Positions 37,039 to 50,547 of a stretch of 64,000 nucleotides of DNA are shown one piece after another. Position 1 is the first letter of the stretch. Each line of letters begins with the position of its first letter. Source of the stretch: Psilocybe cubensis (taxonomy: Eukaryota); the NCBI GenBank assembly GCA_017499595.2, contig CM038999.1, positions 1,302,001-1,366,000 on the forward strand, given 5' to 3'. The position numbers and the translations under genes were made by a program. Below the pieces are notes generated by a model, which had not been told where the DNA came from, made no database searches, and worked only from the letters and a program-made list of their open reading frames with translations.

Positions 37039-38541
37039 TTATTCGTCAGATTTACTACGTTTCTTTGACTTGCGCTCTGCATCTCTTAACGTCACACGAA
37101 CGCCGTATTTCGACAAGTTCTAATAAAAAAAAGTAGTGACTTTGGAATCTGTTGACGTATTCGACCATGCAATTTGAAGCACACACCTTTGTCAGCTCAG
37201 TCGACGGCTCCAACCCGGGAAATTCGCGAGTCGAGTACACCTTGAAGGGTCCACCATAAAGCTCCGCAAGCACAGGAGAAGGCGGACTGCCATTTATACC
37301 CGAGAAGATATCGAACGCTCTATACCGCAGTATAAATACACCCTCCCTTCGCACGGCAAGGTCCTGTCATTCATAAACGCATAGAATAGAAACAGTGAAA
37401 AAGGCAACCAAAAGAAAAACAAAAAAAAACAAGTCAGCGTTCTTCTCAAACCAAAAATTACCCACAGTCGTCTAAAATGCAAAACCAAAATATCGGATAC
37501 GAGGAGGGTTCTCTCGCCAAGGGGCAGTGTCCGAGATCACAACCCAAGATAAGTATGTTACAGGCGCGAGTATCAAAAACGTTGTCGTCGTTCCATCTTC
37601 TTGAGATTTTGATCGCCGCCCTGGCAAGGGCCGACAGGGCAACGAAACGAAGCCAAAGAAAAGAGCAAAAAAAGGAAAAAAAAGCACAAAGGGTAGGTGA
37701 CTCACCCCAAAAACGAACACAAGGCATTTCTTGCCCCTGTGGTCAATAAGAGTCGGTTCTGCAAATTTTTCGCCGACAAGGGCGGGCGTGAGCTTGGAAG
37801 ACTCGGTGACGAGGTGGTTTCCGATGCGAATGGCGACATCGTTGGGTGGGTCCGACGAGTGCACGTTGGCCAGCATAGGTTGTCGGCGTGGAATTTGAAA
37901 CGGCATCATGGGCGTCTGACTGCTGCCACTAGCTTCCATGCTCATGTACGGATGGAGAGGAAAGTACGTCAACGGCTGATATAGATGATGTCTGCCACTA
38001 GAATCGCGGTCGTGTGACGAAGAAGGTTCTGGTGACTGCGACGTTGCAGATCTAGCATCGTAAAAAGATTCTGGCACCGGAAACAGGTCAACGGTGCACA
38101 TGAGTCCAACATTGTACACGTCCCTGTGAAAGGTTATACTAGTCAATATGTGCCCAAGAAGTCACAAAACGGTTAAAAGTTCAATTCACTCGTACAACAA
38201 CTCTCTTTCCCATTCACCAGATTGCGGGTCCGTTTCGAATAGACGGAGGAGAACAGCAGGTGGAGGATCCAACGGTCTCCGATCAACCTTTGCATATCTT
38301 TAGAAACAGTAAGATTATAAAAAGAGGAGGAGGGGCCTAAAAAAGTTTTGTGAAAAGCGGGCACTCACTTTCTCCCCGATTCAGCCTTTTGAAGTTCCTC
38401 CAGCTCTACTCTTATCGTCCGCCCTGCAAATTGGCCTGTCGCAAACGTCATAGGCTCCCCAATAATGGGCGCTTGAAGGCCGATCCTTGTCTGATCAAAA
38501 CCGGCGTTTTGGCGGGATTGTGGATTTCGTCCTGACGCCAT
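37039..38541 (-). CDS. Velvet-domain transcription regulator
   Basis: GQFAGRTIRVELEELQKAESGRK|YAKVDRRPLDPPPAVLLRLF ... FVFG|DLAVRREGVFILRYRAFD ... PFKVYSTREFPGLEPSTELTK|NLSKYGVRVTLR: canonical velvet halves. Confidence 0.9.
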
Positions 38542-39669
38542 CGAACAACGATCAAATGGAGGATCTGATACTCCTACGAAGCTTTCAAAGAGATAATTTA
38601 AAAAAATCTGTGGAGAACGCTGTCTGTGACTGCGTCGCGATGTCGACCAACTGGAAGGTTGAAGAGGATGTTAGCCAGCCAAAGCACGCTCCAGCAAGCA
38701 TTGCTATATAGCAAAAAATAAACATCCCTCCTTTTGCGGTATTCTCCTTTGAACGCATACACAAAGACTCCAACGGCCCATTCCGCCTCAAGTCGGATAG
38801 CCTTTGCAGATAGTGGATCTCTATGTAGTAACTCATGTCGCTCGGACATTATATTCTGATCATGGTTAACTAACCGCAGATAGGAACGATGAAGCTCACT
38901 GAAAATATCATTCGGCCCGTCCTATTTTCCAGTACTGAAGGATATCCGACAACGAAGGATAAAAAAACGAATACAAGGCATGACGCGAGCAATCTCGTAT
39001 ACTCTCCGACGGATCTTGACACCTTGGATCCAATCGTAGAACCCACCGGAGTCATTTGGCGGCCCTGAGCTTAGGGAACAATCTGGACGGAAACCACTTA
39101 TTAAGAACCTTTGCATAATGAAAAAGCCCACCTTCGATCACAGGCGTAAATGCGACGACTGTTCGCAATCTGGATTATTTGACAACCGAGCGCCGATTAC
39201 GAGAAATAATGAATTGTTGAGACTTGATAATCGGCTGTGAGACCAAGTTGAAAGCCAAAGACCATTAACAGGTCCTTGTCCCCAAAAGAGATGAAACGGG
39301 AGAAGAGCCGACCATCGACAGCGTCAAGAGAGTTTCATGAATTTGATAACAGTATTTTCGGCATATAGCGGGTAGAATACATTACAAGGACTTGGAAAAT
39401 TAAGAAAAGTATCTTGGTCTTCAGCTGTTGAGGGATCTGGTGACAACTTTTCGGAGGAGCAGGAAGCCTCGAGGGGTTATCTTTTCGTAATATGAGTATA
39501 TCAGTACATAAGAATACAGGAGAAACATGTGCAACCTAAAATAAAGATGAGGAAATCGGACATTTAACTACATGATAGGAGGAGTAACGCACCGAGGTAA
39601 ATGTCATAGAGATGTCCACTGGTCTCATGACTATGAAGGAGGACAAAAAGAAATGGACACAACAATCGT

Positions 39670-41478
39670 CTAGATATCAAACCGTCGAATAACGAGCTTC
39701 CCTTTATGCGCGGTAACAATTCGTCTATCATCAAATGACACTGTTCCTTTGGTCAGTGGCAGCATAAGTTGCGCCGCTGCCTCATCAGCTCCAGCAACCT
39801 CAGCGCCAGTCCCTGCTTCGAGATCCCAAACCCAGATGCTTCCATTCTGCCCAAGACTGACGCAACGCCCATCTGAAAGAGCAAGTGATGACACGGGGCT
39901 GGTTTGACCGTGCAATGTGCGAACGAAATTTAATTTCGGTGGAGATGCTGCAATGGAGTTGGACTGAATTGGAAGGACTAGTCTGTAAAGTTGTAGACTC
40001 GTTGGAGAATGTAGCGCTGACGCAGAAGAAGCTGACGATGAAGAATCTAATGAAGAGTGGAAAGATGGAATGCGTTGATGTCCATAAATGGGATAGACGC
40101 TTGTCCCCGGGGCAAGGACAACCCATTTCCCATCCGTTTGAGCATCTGCAACATTGAGCAACTTGCGCCCCCACTGTTCCCTCATTGCACGAAGTGTACT
40201 ATCATTAACCCAACTCGATGGCATATCAAAAGCGCGGATCGTTCGACTTGTTATCACAGACATGGTCGAGGTCAAGGGATATTTATAATCTTCACGAAAT
40301 GAAGGCGAAGAGAATACTGTCGGAGTTGTCCTACCGCTGGCGGAAGCAGTTTCCGAGTGGTTAGATATGATGAGTTCCGTTGCACCGACAGACCAGTGCC
40401 TTGGATAGACAGGAACTGAATAGGTAATGACAAGTTTAAAGTTTCCTGGAGATGGCGAAGATAGGACAAGGGATACAGGTGGATAAGATGTGAAAGTGCT
40501 GAGAGTCTGTGTGTGGCGAACCACTCCAGATGATAGATCATAGATAGAGAGTGAAAAGATGGTAGATACCGTGACAAGAAGCGGGTGATAGTATGCGGCC
40601 TGCATGATGTTCATTGTCCTCGCTGTTCTTCGAGCAGGTTGGTACACGAACTTCTTCGAAACGGTATGAGAAGGTGACGACGGGTTGAAATCGAACACAG
40701 TGAATTCGCCAGTGGAAACGAAACACGCAAGTGATAGATGTCCAGTTGTAGGAGGAGATTGATCTAGAGCTAGTGCGGTGATACAAACTGGTAAGCGGTG
40801 GGAGTCTTGCTGATCATAGTAGGGAATAACATAGCGAGAAGTGGTCTGGCTGCTAAGGATCACCGAAGGATGTGATGTTGGCTCTGATGATGCAAAAATA
40901 ATCATAGTTCCTGCTAAAATAATATGCGTCTGTTCGTGAGTCCCCTCTGGATAAATTTTTGGAGGATCGTTTGGATGCTCAGACACATTTGTGGATGACT
41001 TCTCCACGAGGCAACGTCCTGTTGGATTCCATAGTCAGATACAACAGAAGATCCAATTAATAAAGTGAAATAACGCCAACACACCGTTTCTCCAGTTCGA
41101 ACTTATACGAAACATCCATTTCCAATCTCTATTCTGATTGGGATCTACGACAGCTCGACCAGGAAGTGGTTTCACATCTCGACCATCTAAGCGGCCTATG
41201 AAACCTCTTGCGCCTCTTAGACGAGTTCTACCATAGACTTTAAGATACTGCTCTCTCCAGAGTTCATTGTCCGCGGCAAGCCGAGCCCAGTTCTTGCTTG
41301 TCGACTGAGTTACACAAAGATCCACCCAAGTCAGATGCGAGAATATGCACAATATAAGTTCGTCGTATAATGAATTCTCGAAGCTGAGAACATTTCCAGG
41401 ATGATGCTTTGTCTTCCCTGATGTATGAACGCGTTTTGCAGGTGGCAGATGTGCAGGAGACAAGCTGCGTTTCGTCAT
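39670..41478 (-). CDS. F-box protein with C-terminal WD40-like beta-propeller
   Basis: F-box SLYDELILCIFSHL...VTQSTSKNWARLAADNELWR; C-terminal TLHGQTSPVSSLALSDGRCVSLGQNGSIWVWDL; 2 exons. Confidence 0.85.
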
Positions 41479-41647
41479 AGTTTGGTGGCCAACTTGACAG
41501 AATGACTCTAAGGAGGTTGCCAAGTAAAAGTCGTCACGCTTTCTGATAACGTGCGCGGGCCGCCTACCGTCACTCACTGTTGCTCTGCTTCGGACTGTGC
41601 TTTGTTCTGAACTTCCACACCTGAACGCTGAGAGACCTCAATCTGCC

Positions 41648-42877
41648 ATGGCACCTTCTCGTGGCATCAAACCTCTCGCACGCAGCTTACACACTACACT
41701 GGAAAACCACAAAGGCGCAGTTAATGTCGCTCGCTATTCTAAAGGATCTGCCAGTTACATCCTAACCGGAGGTCAAGACAGAGCTGTCCGGCTATGGAAT
41801 GCTAACCTGGGGACAGAAATAAAAGCATTTACCGCTCATGGGTATGAGATACTGTCTATCTCAGTGTATGACTCTTTTACCTTTTAGCCTAGAGAACGAT
41901 TCTAATAATCAAGAAGGTCTCAGGATAACGCCAAGTTCGCGTCGTCCGGCGGTGATCGCTCTGTTTTTCTGTGGGATGTCGCTGCCGGCGTGACAACAAG
42001 GCGTCTTGCGGGACATATGGGGAAGATAAATGTGGTGGAATTCAATGAAGATGCTAGTGTCGTCGCAAGCGGTTAGTGGTTTTTGTTTGTCTTTTTTTGC
42101 ATATCTAATTGACGTATGTATCAGGATCTTTCGATTCGACTGTGAGGCTGTGGGATCTTAGGTTCGTCCCAATATGCCTCATTCTCCGATGCCGGGAGGT
42201 CTCGGTAATAATATAATAACAGGGCTCAGACAAGGCAGGCAATTCAAGTTCTCGAAGAAGCACGAGATGCAGTTCAGACTATACACGTCGGCCCAACGTT
42301 CATCATTACTGGCTCAGTAGACGGTCATGTTCGCACGTACGACCTTCGCATGGGAGAGCTTCGCTCAGATTTCATAGGTCGTAAGCACCAATTCTTTATG
42401 GTCAACTGAATAGACTTTCTCAGTAATTTTTCATTCAGATCCCGTAACATCGGTGATTCCTACTCAAGATAACCAGACTTATCTCGTATCCACTCTCGAC
42501 AGCCATATACGACTTATGGATTGTTCAACTGGCAAGATGCTGAATGATTTCACAGGTCATGTAAATGAATCGTATCGTTGTCGTGCTTGCTTCGGCCACG
42601 GAGAAGCAACAGTCATATGCGGCGATGAGAAAGGACAGGTCTGGGCTTGGGATTTGGTTGATGTAAGTGCTGCCGTCAATATTTTGCCATATAGCTAATT
42701 AAACGCGTTTGTTTTTTGTCTTGTTCCTAGGCCAAAATTATGCAACCAAATCCTCCGCCTAAGGTCCATTCAAAACTTATCACCTGGATAGAACACCACC
42801 CCACAGAGGCAGGTGAAATGATCACAGCAAGCGCTGACGGTACAGTTAAAGTGTGGAGGTACCCTGACAATGCCTGA
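41648..42877 (+). CDS. WDR83: WD40 protein WDR83/MORG1-like (spliceosome-associated)
   Basis: HKGAVNVARY...YILTGGQDRAVRLWN, DNAKFASSGGDRSVFLWDV, ASGSFDSTVRLWDLR, GSVDGHVRTYDLRMG; 6 exons. Confidence 0.85.
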
Positions 42878-43175
42878 CCGTTGATGGAAATCTCGAAATA
42901 TGACCGTGACAGCTAGCCTAAGATGGTATAGTCGCGTCGCCCCATCGCACGCAGCACTGGTAATGGATTTGGAATCAAGTTTTTCTTGATTTCCACTGTC
43001 GAAAAGTCGCCAAAGGCTCGGATTTATTCACACCTTCATTCATCCAAAAATCCGACCTCACTCGCGTCAACTTGACCGTATAGATTGGAGAGTTGCTTGT
43101 GTAAATAGATCATCTGTCGTGAAGTGAATATAATGTACATTCTTGCGATAAAGAAGTAAAGGGATAGATCGACGT

Positions 43176-43701
43176 CTACTGTCTTTTGTTCTGGTTCAAA
43201 GCCTCTGAGAATAGCGTAACAGGTTAAAACCTCCGAATACGTGTAAAGGAGTGACAAAATCTTACCTCTACGCGTCGCGTCTTCTAGAAGCTGGGTATCG
43301 ACGTGCTCCGGTGGAAGCTGGACATATCGGACGACAGATCCGCGAATGAAACAGTTCTTTACTGCCATCTATGCATAATGTAGTGATTAGAACGCCTTGC
43401 TTGCAACACATTGTCTTGATTATCGCACCATGTGTGGATGTCTGTTCTCATCCGCCACTTTGATATTATCAAGTCGGATGTTCAGGAACCTATCATCCCC
43501 AAATCAGTGCTGAGCATTTGGGCATGCCGCATTTCTGAGCTTACTGGTCGACCGATTTCAGAACACCAGTGATTGAGAGGTCATTTTTAAGCTCCACAGT
43601 GACCTGCTGGTCGGTCAGAGTCTTGAATACGGAGAAGATTAGCTAGGATAAGCGTATAATTAGCAAGTCGATGCGAAACACGCTGCATAATGACATACCA
43701 T
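43176..43701 (-). CDS. LSM2: U6 snRNA-associated Sm-like protein LSm2
   Basis: M|LIFSVFKTLTDQQVTVELKNDLSITGVLKSVDQ|FLNIRLDNI...HPHM|MAVKNCFIRGSVVRYVQLP...LLEDATRR. The first coding exon is the ATG alone. Confidence 0.95.
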
Positions 43702-44367
43702 TAGAAAGGTGAATGAACCAGCAAATTCATTTACAATTGGCGCACGCTATCAGAATGCTTTCATGATGTTTGTTCTTGTTTCCCATCAACAACACGACTC
43801 TATTTTTGGCGATGGGTAACTTGCTTGACTTTTGCACTTTGACACCAGTCAAGAACTTTCCGTACTCGTAAAGCATCTTAATGCGCCTCAACAATCCAGT
43901 CATCTGCATGCATTTAATACATGTCTGACAGTATATTATACGTATTGCAGTCACGGCATATTTCCGGATTATCCAGGGCTTAGATCGATGTAGTAGCTGG
44001 CTACAGGCTGCAACCTCAAACTGTCCTTTGGGTTGTCGGTAGCTTTACTGCCGTACAGGAGGACCCGCTTTTGATCAGAGAATAATTCGATTAATGGGCT
44101 TGTTGCAATAACTATCACCGGTTATAGAACTATTCCCCATTCCTAGAGGTCCGTATTTTGGGATACAAGACAGACGCTGTTCCGCCCTCTTCCACCATTA
44201 TGCGTACCCATGGCCAGGTTCTTGCGCTCCCACTCCATGGATGCGACTTAAATTCCAAGCTAACGCTCTCCCAAATGTGAGATCAAATTGGTTTTATGTC
44301 CTTCTGACGTAGTCAGCAAGCTGAATACCGATTTAACGGACTCTTGTATTTTTATCTCTCCACTGCA

Positions 44368-45783
44368 CTAAGAAGCAATGCTGTGAGATCGAGCCTGAGA
44401 TCCCAGACCCGTCTGAATGGATGACGTTCTAGCAAGGGATGTCCCGGGTATTATAGAGGGCGTCCTTGTCCACAAAGATTCTATAATTGTTGTGAACTCA
44501 TGACTGTCCGTGGGGAGGGCGGCTTCCGGTACCATAACGTTGGCGGCCAATTTCTGCATGCCAATTATCAAGCGACAACCCTGTAAGCCGCAACAAATTA
44601 ACACAACTCTGCAATGCGAGCAGCCAATATACACTCACTACACAGGACAGTATCGAGATAAAGGAACTATTTGATTGTCAATCTAGGAAAATCGAAGAGT
44701 GATGATAGCTTCTATAACTCACGGAAAGACGGCGTGGGCAGAGTCATGCATGTACTCGAGGCGCGCATATACCAAAGTGCCTATCAAGACGCCTGTAATA
44801 GTCTGGAAGGTTACGGGATATGTTAAAATACCACAACTCTAACTCACCTATAATAACTGTAAAGGTGGTTGCACCGTCTCTGCAAAGCAACGCCACTAAA
44901 GGTGTGCTCGCCCAACCGGCACGCAGAGCAACCAGATGCTTCCAAACAGTAAGGCCGAGGATGACACTTTGTATAAGAAACTCCCCCATTCTGTTGTAAT
45001 AATGATCAACGAATAAGGAACACAGAATAGAAAAGGTATGGAAGCTAAAACGCACATGAAGAAATACATCACAACAGATGGGACATCTTTGTTTAAGCAA
45101 GTTTCATTGAACTCTTGGTCTGGAACTGTCATCACAGCACTTGCAGACGAAAGGCTGATTCTAAGGAACACCAAAGCCAGCATCAATCTTCCAATCCAAC
45201 GGCGCCTGTTGTAGAAGGCATATACTGCAATAAAAATCAATTTTATAGAAGTCAATGTCAGAAGTGATCGGAGCAATGAGACCCGTAAAGCACACCTCTA
45301 ATCATCAGAATGACATCTACCGCGCCCAATAGCAGATAGACCGAAAGGGCTTGGTATGAGAGCCACAGCCGACATATCTCTCGAGATACAGGATATCGAG
45401 CCTCAAGGATAGTCGCAAGGATGGTGTTACTCCTGCGCTTCTAGCTCAATGACGTTTACATCGCAGTCTACACGTCTCATACACACACTGAAACAGCCAA
45501 AGCAAAGTATCGCACGAAGAAGTAAAGAAGCGTGATGATTGTCCACCTCCTCGGGTGCCTACACGAGTGAGTGACAGCCAGGACGACGTTCAGTCAGTGG
45601 TCAAAATTTTAGAGGGTATACCAGCTTAGACTAACATCCACATCAGATCTACCTCATCTTGGAGCGTAATTAAAATCTCCCAAGTAGAGAACGCCAAACC
45701 TGCATCTAAGAAGGATTACAGGTGATGCAGGCAGCCCCCAAGAGAAAAGGATACTCACATGAGGCACCTCGCAGAGTGTTCAT
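44368..45783 (-). CDS. Multi-pass membrane protein, DUF6533-type (start approximate)
   Basis: WEILITLQDEVDL.W, LYFFVRYF, RVYAFYNRRR, LCRDG, CRLIIGMQKL motifs over many short exons. Confidence 0.7.
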
Positions 45784-46288
45784 GACATGGAGAGCAGTTT
45801 CCTGACGTAGTGTTCACCTGTGCGAGTTACAATGACAATAGGCGAAGGACTCCTATAAGGATCGAAAAAAATTCCTCCAAGTTTATAAAGTTTGGTAAGG
45901 GTGCCTTGAGCGGCAAGGAACCAGATGAGCGGATTGGTCTTGTCCATGGGTCGGAAGCAGTGACTTCACGGATAGTCTGTGGCAAATGCCCCGATAGTAA
46001 GGTGTTACCGAGTTGAATATGAACAAGGATGTACTTTTCTTCCTACAACCGTGAGATCGATCGGATAATACTCTCAGAGACCTTTGATTGAGAGAATAAA
46101 CAATGGATAGCAAGATATGACCTAATAATCAAACTTTGCACCAAAACTTCGTCCTATGAACAGCATGATTTGTTTCTGAAGACGCATATATTTGAACATA
46201 CAGGCATGGTCGTAGAGAAGAAAATCAATATATGCGCTATTTTGGTGCCCCACCCACATAACGTACTACAACAAGACAAAGCAGAAAA

Positions 46289-47204
46289 TTAAGCATGGGC
46301 ATGCTTCTCCTTCCTGGTCCTCAACTTCCTGAGGTAGAACTAAAGGGAAGAAACAATCAATGATTATTCGAAAACGATACGGGTCGATAGGCATACCTCG
46401 AGCTCCTTGCCTTCCAAGATATAACCATCGGCACGACCGGATTGACCAGGTCGGCTTGAGATGGCAGCGTACAGACGACCAGCAGCGAACTGACTCTCCA
46501 GGAGAGGGTCAATCTTGGCCTCTGGATATATTATTAATATACCTAAACGCCGCACGCAGATTCAAATCACGTACCCTTCTTCCTCTCGTCCAAGTTGCGT
46601 TGAGCGTGGTTCGAAAGTTTCACGGGCTCGGCAGCAGCTTCGGTGGTAGTGCTTTTGCCCTTTTTGGTTACGGGTTGGGCGTACTGGAGAGAAAAAAATA
46701 AATGATGTGGATGGAAAATGGAGGAGACGCACTTACGTGTGACTCGTACCATTGACGGAAAGGAGCAGCATCGACCTGGATGATGGCATTCTTGACCAAG
46801 GTGTTAGTTCGGACAAGTTCGTTGTTGGAGGCATTGTAAACCTGAAAGCTCCAGATTTGAGACGAAGCTGACTTTTACCAATAATAAACGAATACACATA
46901 CGACGGAGATAATCCTCGTCTTCCTGGTGGTGTGCTCAGATCCCCAGGCAAAGTTTCCAGACTCAAGACGAAGGGCCCTGTATTTCACGTTTCCTCCACG
47001 GGTGCGAACGGTGTGGACGCGCTTGGCTCCCAGCTTGGTGCTAGCGGGCTGGCGGCCTAGCTCGAACTTTCTCTTCTTGCGGTAGTGGGAGCGTTGACCA
47101 CCGGTCGCCGAGCGCTTGTGGCGTGATGAGCGGGAGATACCTAATGAAATGCACCATTATCAGGATGGAGACGAATGGATAGCATTTTTGCAGCACTGAC
47201 CCAT
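46289..47204 (-). CDS. RPS8: 40S ribosomal protein S8 (eS8)
   Basis: [16 protein letters not shown]...[51 protein letters not shown]. Confidence 0.97.
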
Positions 47205-47557
47205 GTCGAAGTGTCTTGAGGATGGGAGTCTTGTTGAGTACTCAAGGTTTGTGATGATTGTGCGAATTAAGGTTTGGACACGGTTCAAACTCCGATCGGC
47301 ATACTCCGAAAATGTACTTCATTTATTGGCCAAGCTAACCCCTCTTATTAATTTATCATCACTTCCATTTTATTCATGGTATGCTTGCCTGCTTTTCGAT
47401 TGCTTGAAAGGCGCTCCCTAGTCGCGTTCAGAATGCATGCAGTGATCGATTGCCACATGTTCTTAACGCAGGTTGACCACGTTTGCGTGGCATGGCACTA
47501 TTAAGGTCGAGATGTGCAGAAAGATGGAATTATAACCATTACCTCTTCTTCGTCAGT

Positions 47558-49780
47558 ATGCCGCTTTTCAAGCAACCGATTTCTCGTCTACGTCGTCGTC
47601 CTGCCAAGTATTTCCCCGAACTACCAAGCTCAGATGTCGCGAAGCCTATGAGCGATGAACTTGACAGGCTTGTCAGTACAGTTCGTGAATCAATTCCCAG
47701 AAAGGTGTGCTCGGCCTCATTCCAGCGATGAGCTACCATGAACTCTAGACAGTTATTCATAGCAGAGCTGTTGCCGTTCCTCGCTCTCTACAGACGTTAT
47801 AGATCTGAACTGTCCGAAGGACCTGCCTTGTATGAAAAACAGATTTATGTTGCCTGCTAATTGTCCTTTGATGTGTTCGTCCAATAGAGATTGGCAGCAA
47901 GTTAAACCGTTAGAAGGGAGCCAAATGATCCCTTACGATCGTCTTTCTCAGAAACCAGAGTCGCCTACACCAACTCCCCTGGATAAACTTGCGGTTTTGA
48001 AGGTCAATGGTGGTCTCGGGACTTCTATGGGTCAGTGATTGTTGCCAGTTCCCCAATTGTAACAGTATTAATAATTTGTAGGTATGAATGGGGCCAAGAG
48101 TGCCCTTGAAGTTCAAAACAAACTCACCTTTTTGGACTTGGTCGTCCAGCAAATCGAACATCTCAACGCCACGTACCACACAGAGGTTCCTCTCATTTTG
48201 ATGACATCTTTCAACACCGAAGACGATACCCTTCGGATTGTGAAGAAATATGCTAATCGCAAAGTCAAGATCACAACTTTCAACCAATCGAGATATCCTC
48301 GTATCTTAAAAGAAACATTGTTGCCATTTGCCAAAAGCGTGCTCGAGGGAAAATCTGCTTGGTACCCTCCAGGGCACGGAGATTTGTACAATTCATTGCA
48401 CCGGTCCGGAGTCCTTGACAATCTACTTGCCCAGGGAAAGGAATATTTATTTGTTTCGAACTCGGATAACCTTGGAGCAGTGTAAGTTGAGACACCTCGT
48501 ATATGAAGGACCCCATTGATTCCATATTCAGTGTCGATCCAGTAATTCTTCACCACATGATGGACACAAAAAGCGAATTCGTCATGGAAGTGACAGAAAA
48601 AACCAAAGTTGATACTAAGGTATGCCCTCAATTTAATCCAGCTTCCACAACGCCCTAATACCATTCTCAGGGCGGCATATTGATTAGTAAATTTGCAATC
48701 GTTATTCCATCTGTATACCAGTAACACTGTCCCAGATTATGATGGGAACATCCGTCTGCTTGAGACAACGCAAATCCCAGAGGAACATGCAGAGGAGTTT
48801 AATCAATGTGAATATATACATACATATATGTTTTTAATCGCGATCATGACTGACAAACCATGTCTGAAGCCCGCAGTTTTAGAATGTTCAACACTAATAA
48901 CCTATGGATCAACTTAAAAGGTTTACTTTTTTCGCTCCTCAAAGATATCAGCTTACGATATGTTTACTTCTAGCATTGAAACGATTACTCGAGGCGGGTG
49001 ACATGACTCTAGATATCATATGTTCTTCCAAGTCATTGGATGATGGTCGCTGCGTTCTCCAGGTACGCTAAAATCAATACTGCAATGGCATATGTGCTCA
49101 TGTGTCATATGTTTTTGAGCTGGAAACAGCTGCTGGTTCCGCAATCCGACACTTCCAAAATGCCCATGGTGTTCTTGTTCCGCGGGCTAGGTTTTTACCT
49201 GTGAAAGATTGCTCAGATCTTCTTCTCGTTCAAAGTGATGTCTTTTCCCTCCAACATGGACGCCTTATCATGAACGAGAGCCGAATGTTTGGCACACCTC
49301 CCGTGATCAAGCTTGGAGGTCATTTCAGAAGGGTGAATGAAAATTTCCATTCAATTCAATGCATGACTAAATTTTTCGTTTTAGATTCAGCAGTTTCAAA
49401 AACGATTCAAGCAAATTCCTCATCTCGTCGAACTGGATCATTTGACTGTAGCTGGGGACGTCTACTTTGGACGGGATGTAACGCTTCGTGGCACGGTGAT
49501 AGGTATTGCCCTCTCCCCTTGCATTGCAGAATTTTATCATAACAAAACCCGTATATGCAGTCGTTGCAAATGAAGGCCAGCGTATAGACATACCCGATGG
49601 TTGTGTTCTTGAGAACCGTTGAGTCGTTTATTTGAGTAGTCATTTTTTCATCAACTCTGACACCGGTCTTTGGTCGGTCAACAGGTTTGCTGTCCGGCAA
49701 TTTGAATATGATCGTAAGTAATTTTAGACCATAGTACCAAATGAATCCTTCATAAATCATTTTCCACGCAGGAGCTATAA
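47558..49780 (+). CDS. UTP--glucose-1-phosphate uridylyltransferase, divergent paralog
   Basis: [43 protein letters not shown], and C-terminus [14 protein letters not shown]. 13 inferred introns, all restoring frame. Confidence 0.88.
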
Positions 49781-50547
49781 GTATATTTTACGTATAGTTA
49801 TTTCTTGGTCGACTGGATTCGACTGCTATATGTTATTACAAGTTACAACCTGTAACGGGAGTTTGGGCAGGTGTCAAGCAATCAGACTGATTTATCATTG
49901 CGCAATCGATTGTGCCTGCCCGTGCCAGGACAGATGGAAACCGTGCGCGGTCAATTTAATTGAGTGAAACGCTAACGTTACGTCGAGGGGCATTCGTCTC
50001 CATCCAAATGCTGATGACTCTTGTGAGTGTACTTGCTTAAGTAAAGTAAAACGTCATTCAACGATAAACATCTAATATCGTTTATGGGCAGCCAAATCGC
50101 GTTTAATCGTTGGCATGAACAATAAACTATATTTCATCTTTCCCTTTGGGTATTGAATATATATTCGTCTCCAAGTTTAATCGGCGCAGATTACAGATTT
50201 TCTCTTCTATTCAATACAACGCTAATTCTTTCTTTACCATTTGCCTGGGCAATTACGGCATGTCGCAACCAAGGAAGACGGCTCGAAACCTACGCGTTCC
50301 ACTTCACAATTTACAAAAATACATGTTTCCTATGAATGTGTATAAATCATGCTATCCCACTTGACCCGACCCTATACATCCGAGACCGCCTAAATCGACA
50401 CTAAATTATATTGCTCAGGAGAAATCTGCGCTACTTCTCTCGCCACACAATTTTACAATCACCGCATTTCGTCAGGGTCTGTGTTCGCTCCCGACGCTCA
50501 GGTGCCTAACGTAACGGCTCACTGAAAGTTAATAAAGCTGCTCGACA

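Noticed and set aside
48113..48727. 204-aa antisense ORF over the divergent UGPase
   Set aside because: Antisense shadow of a real coding exon.
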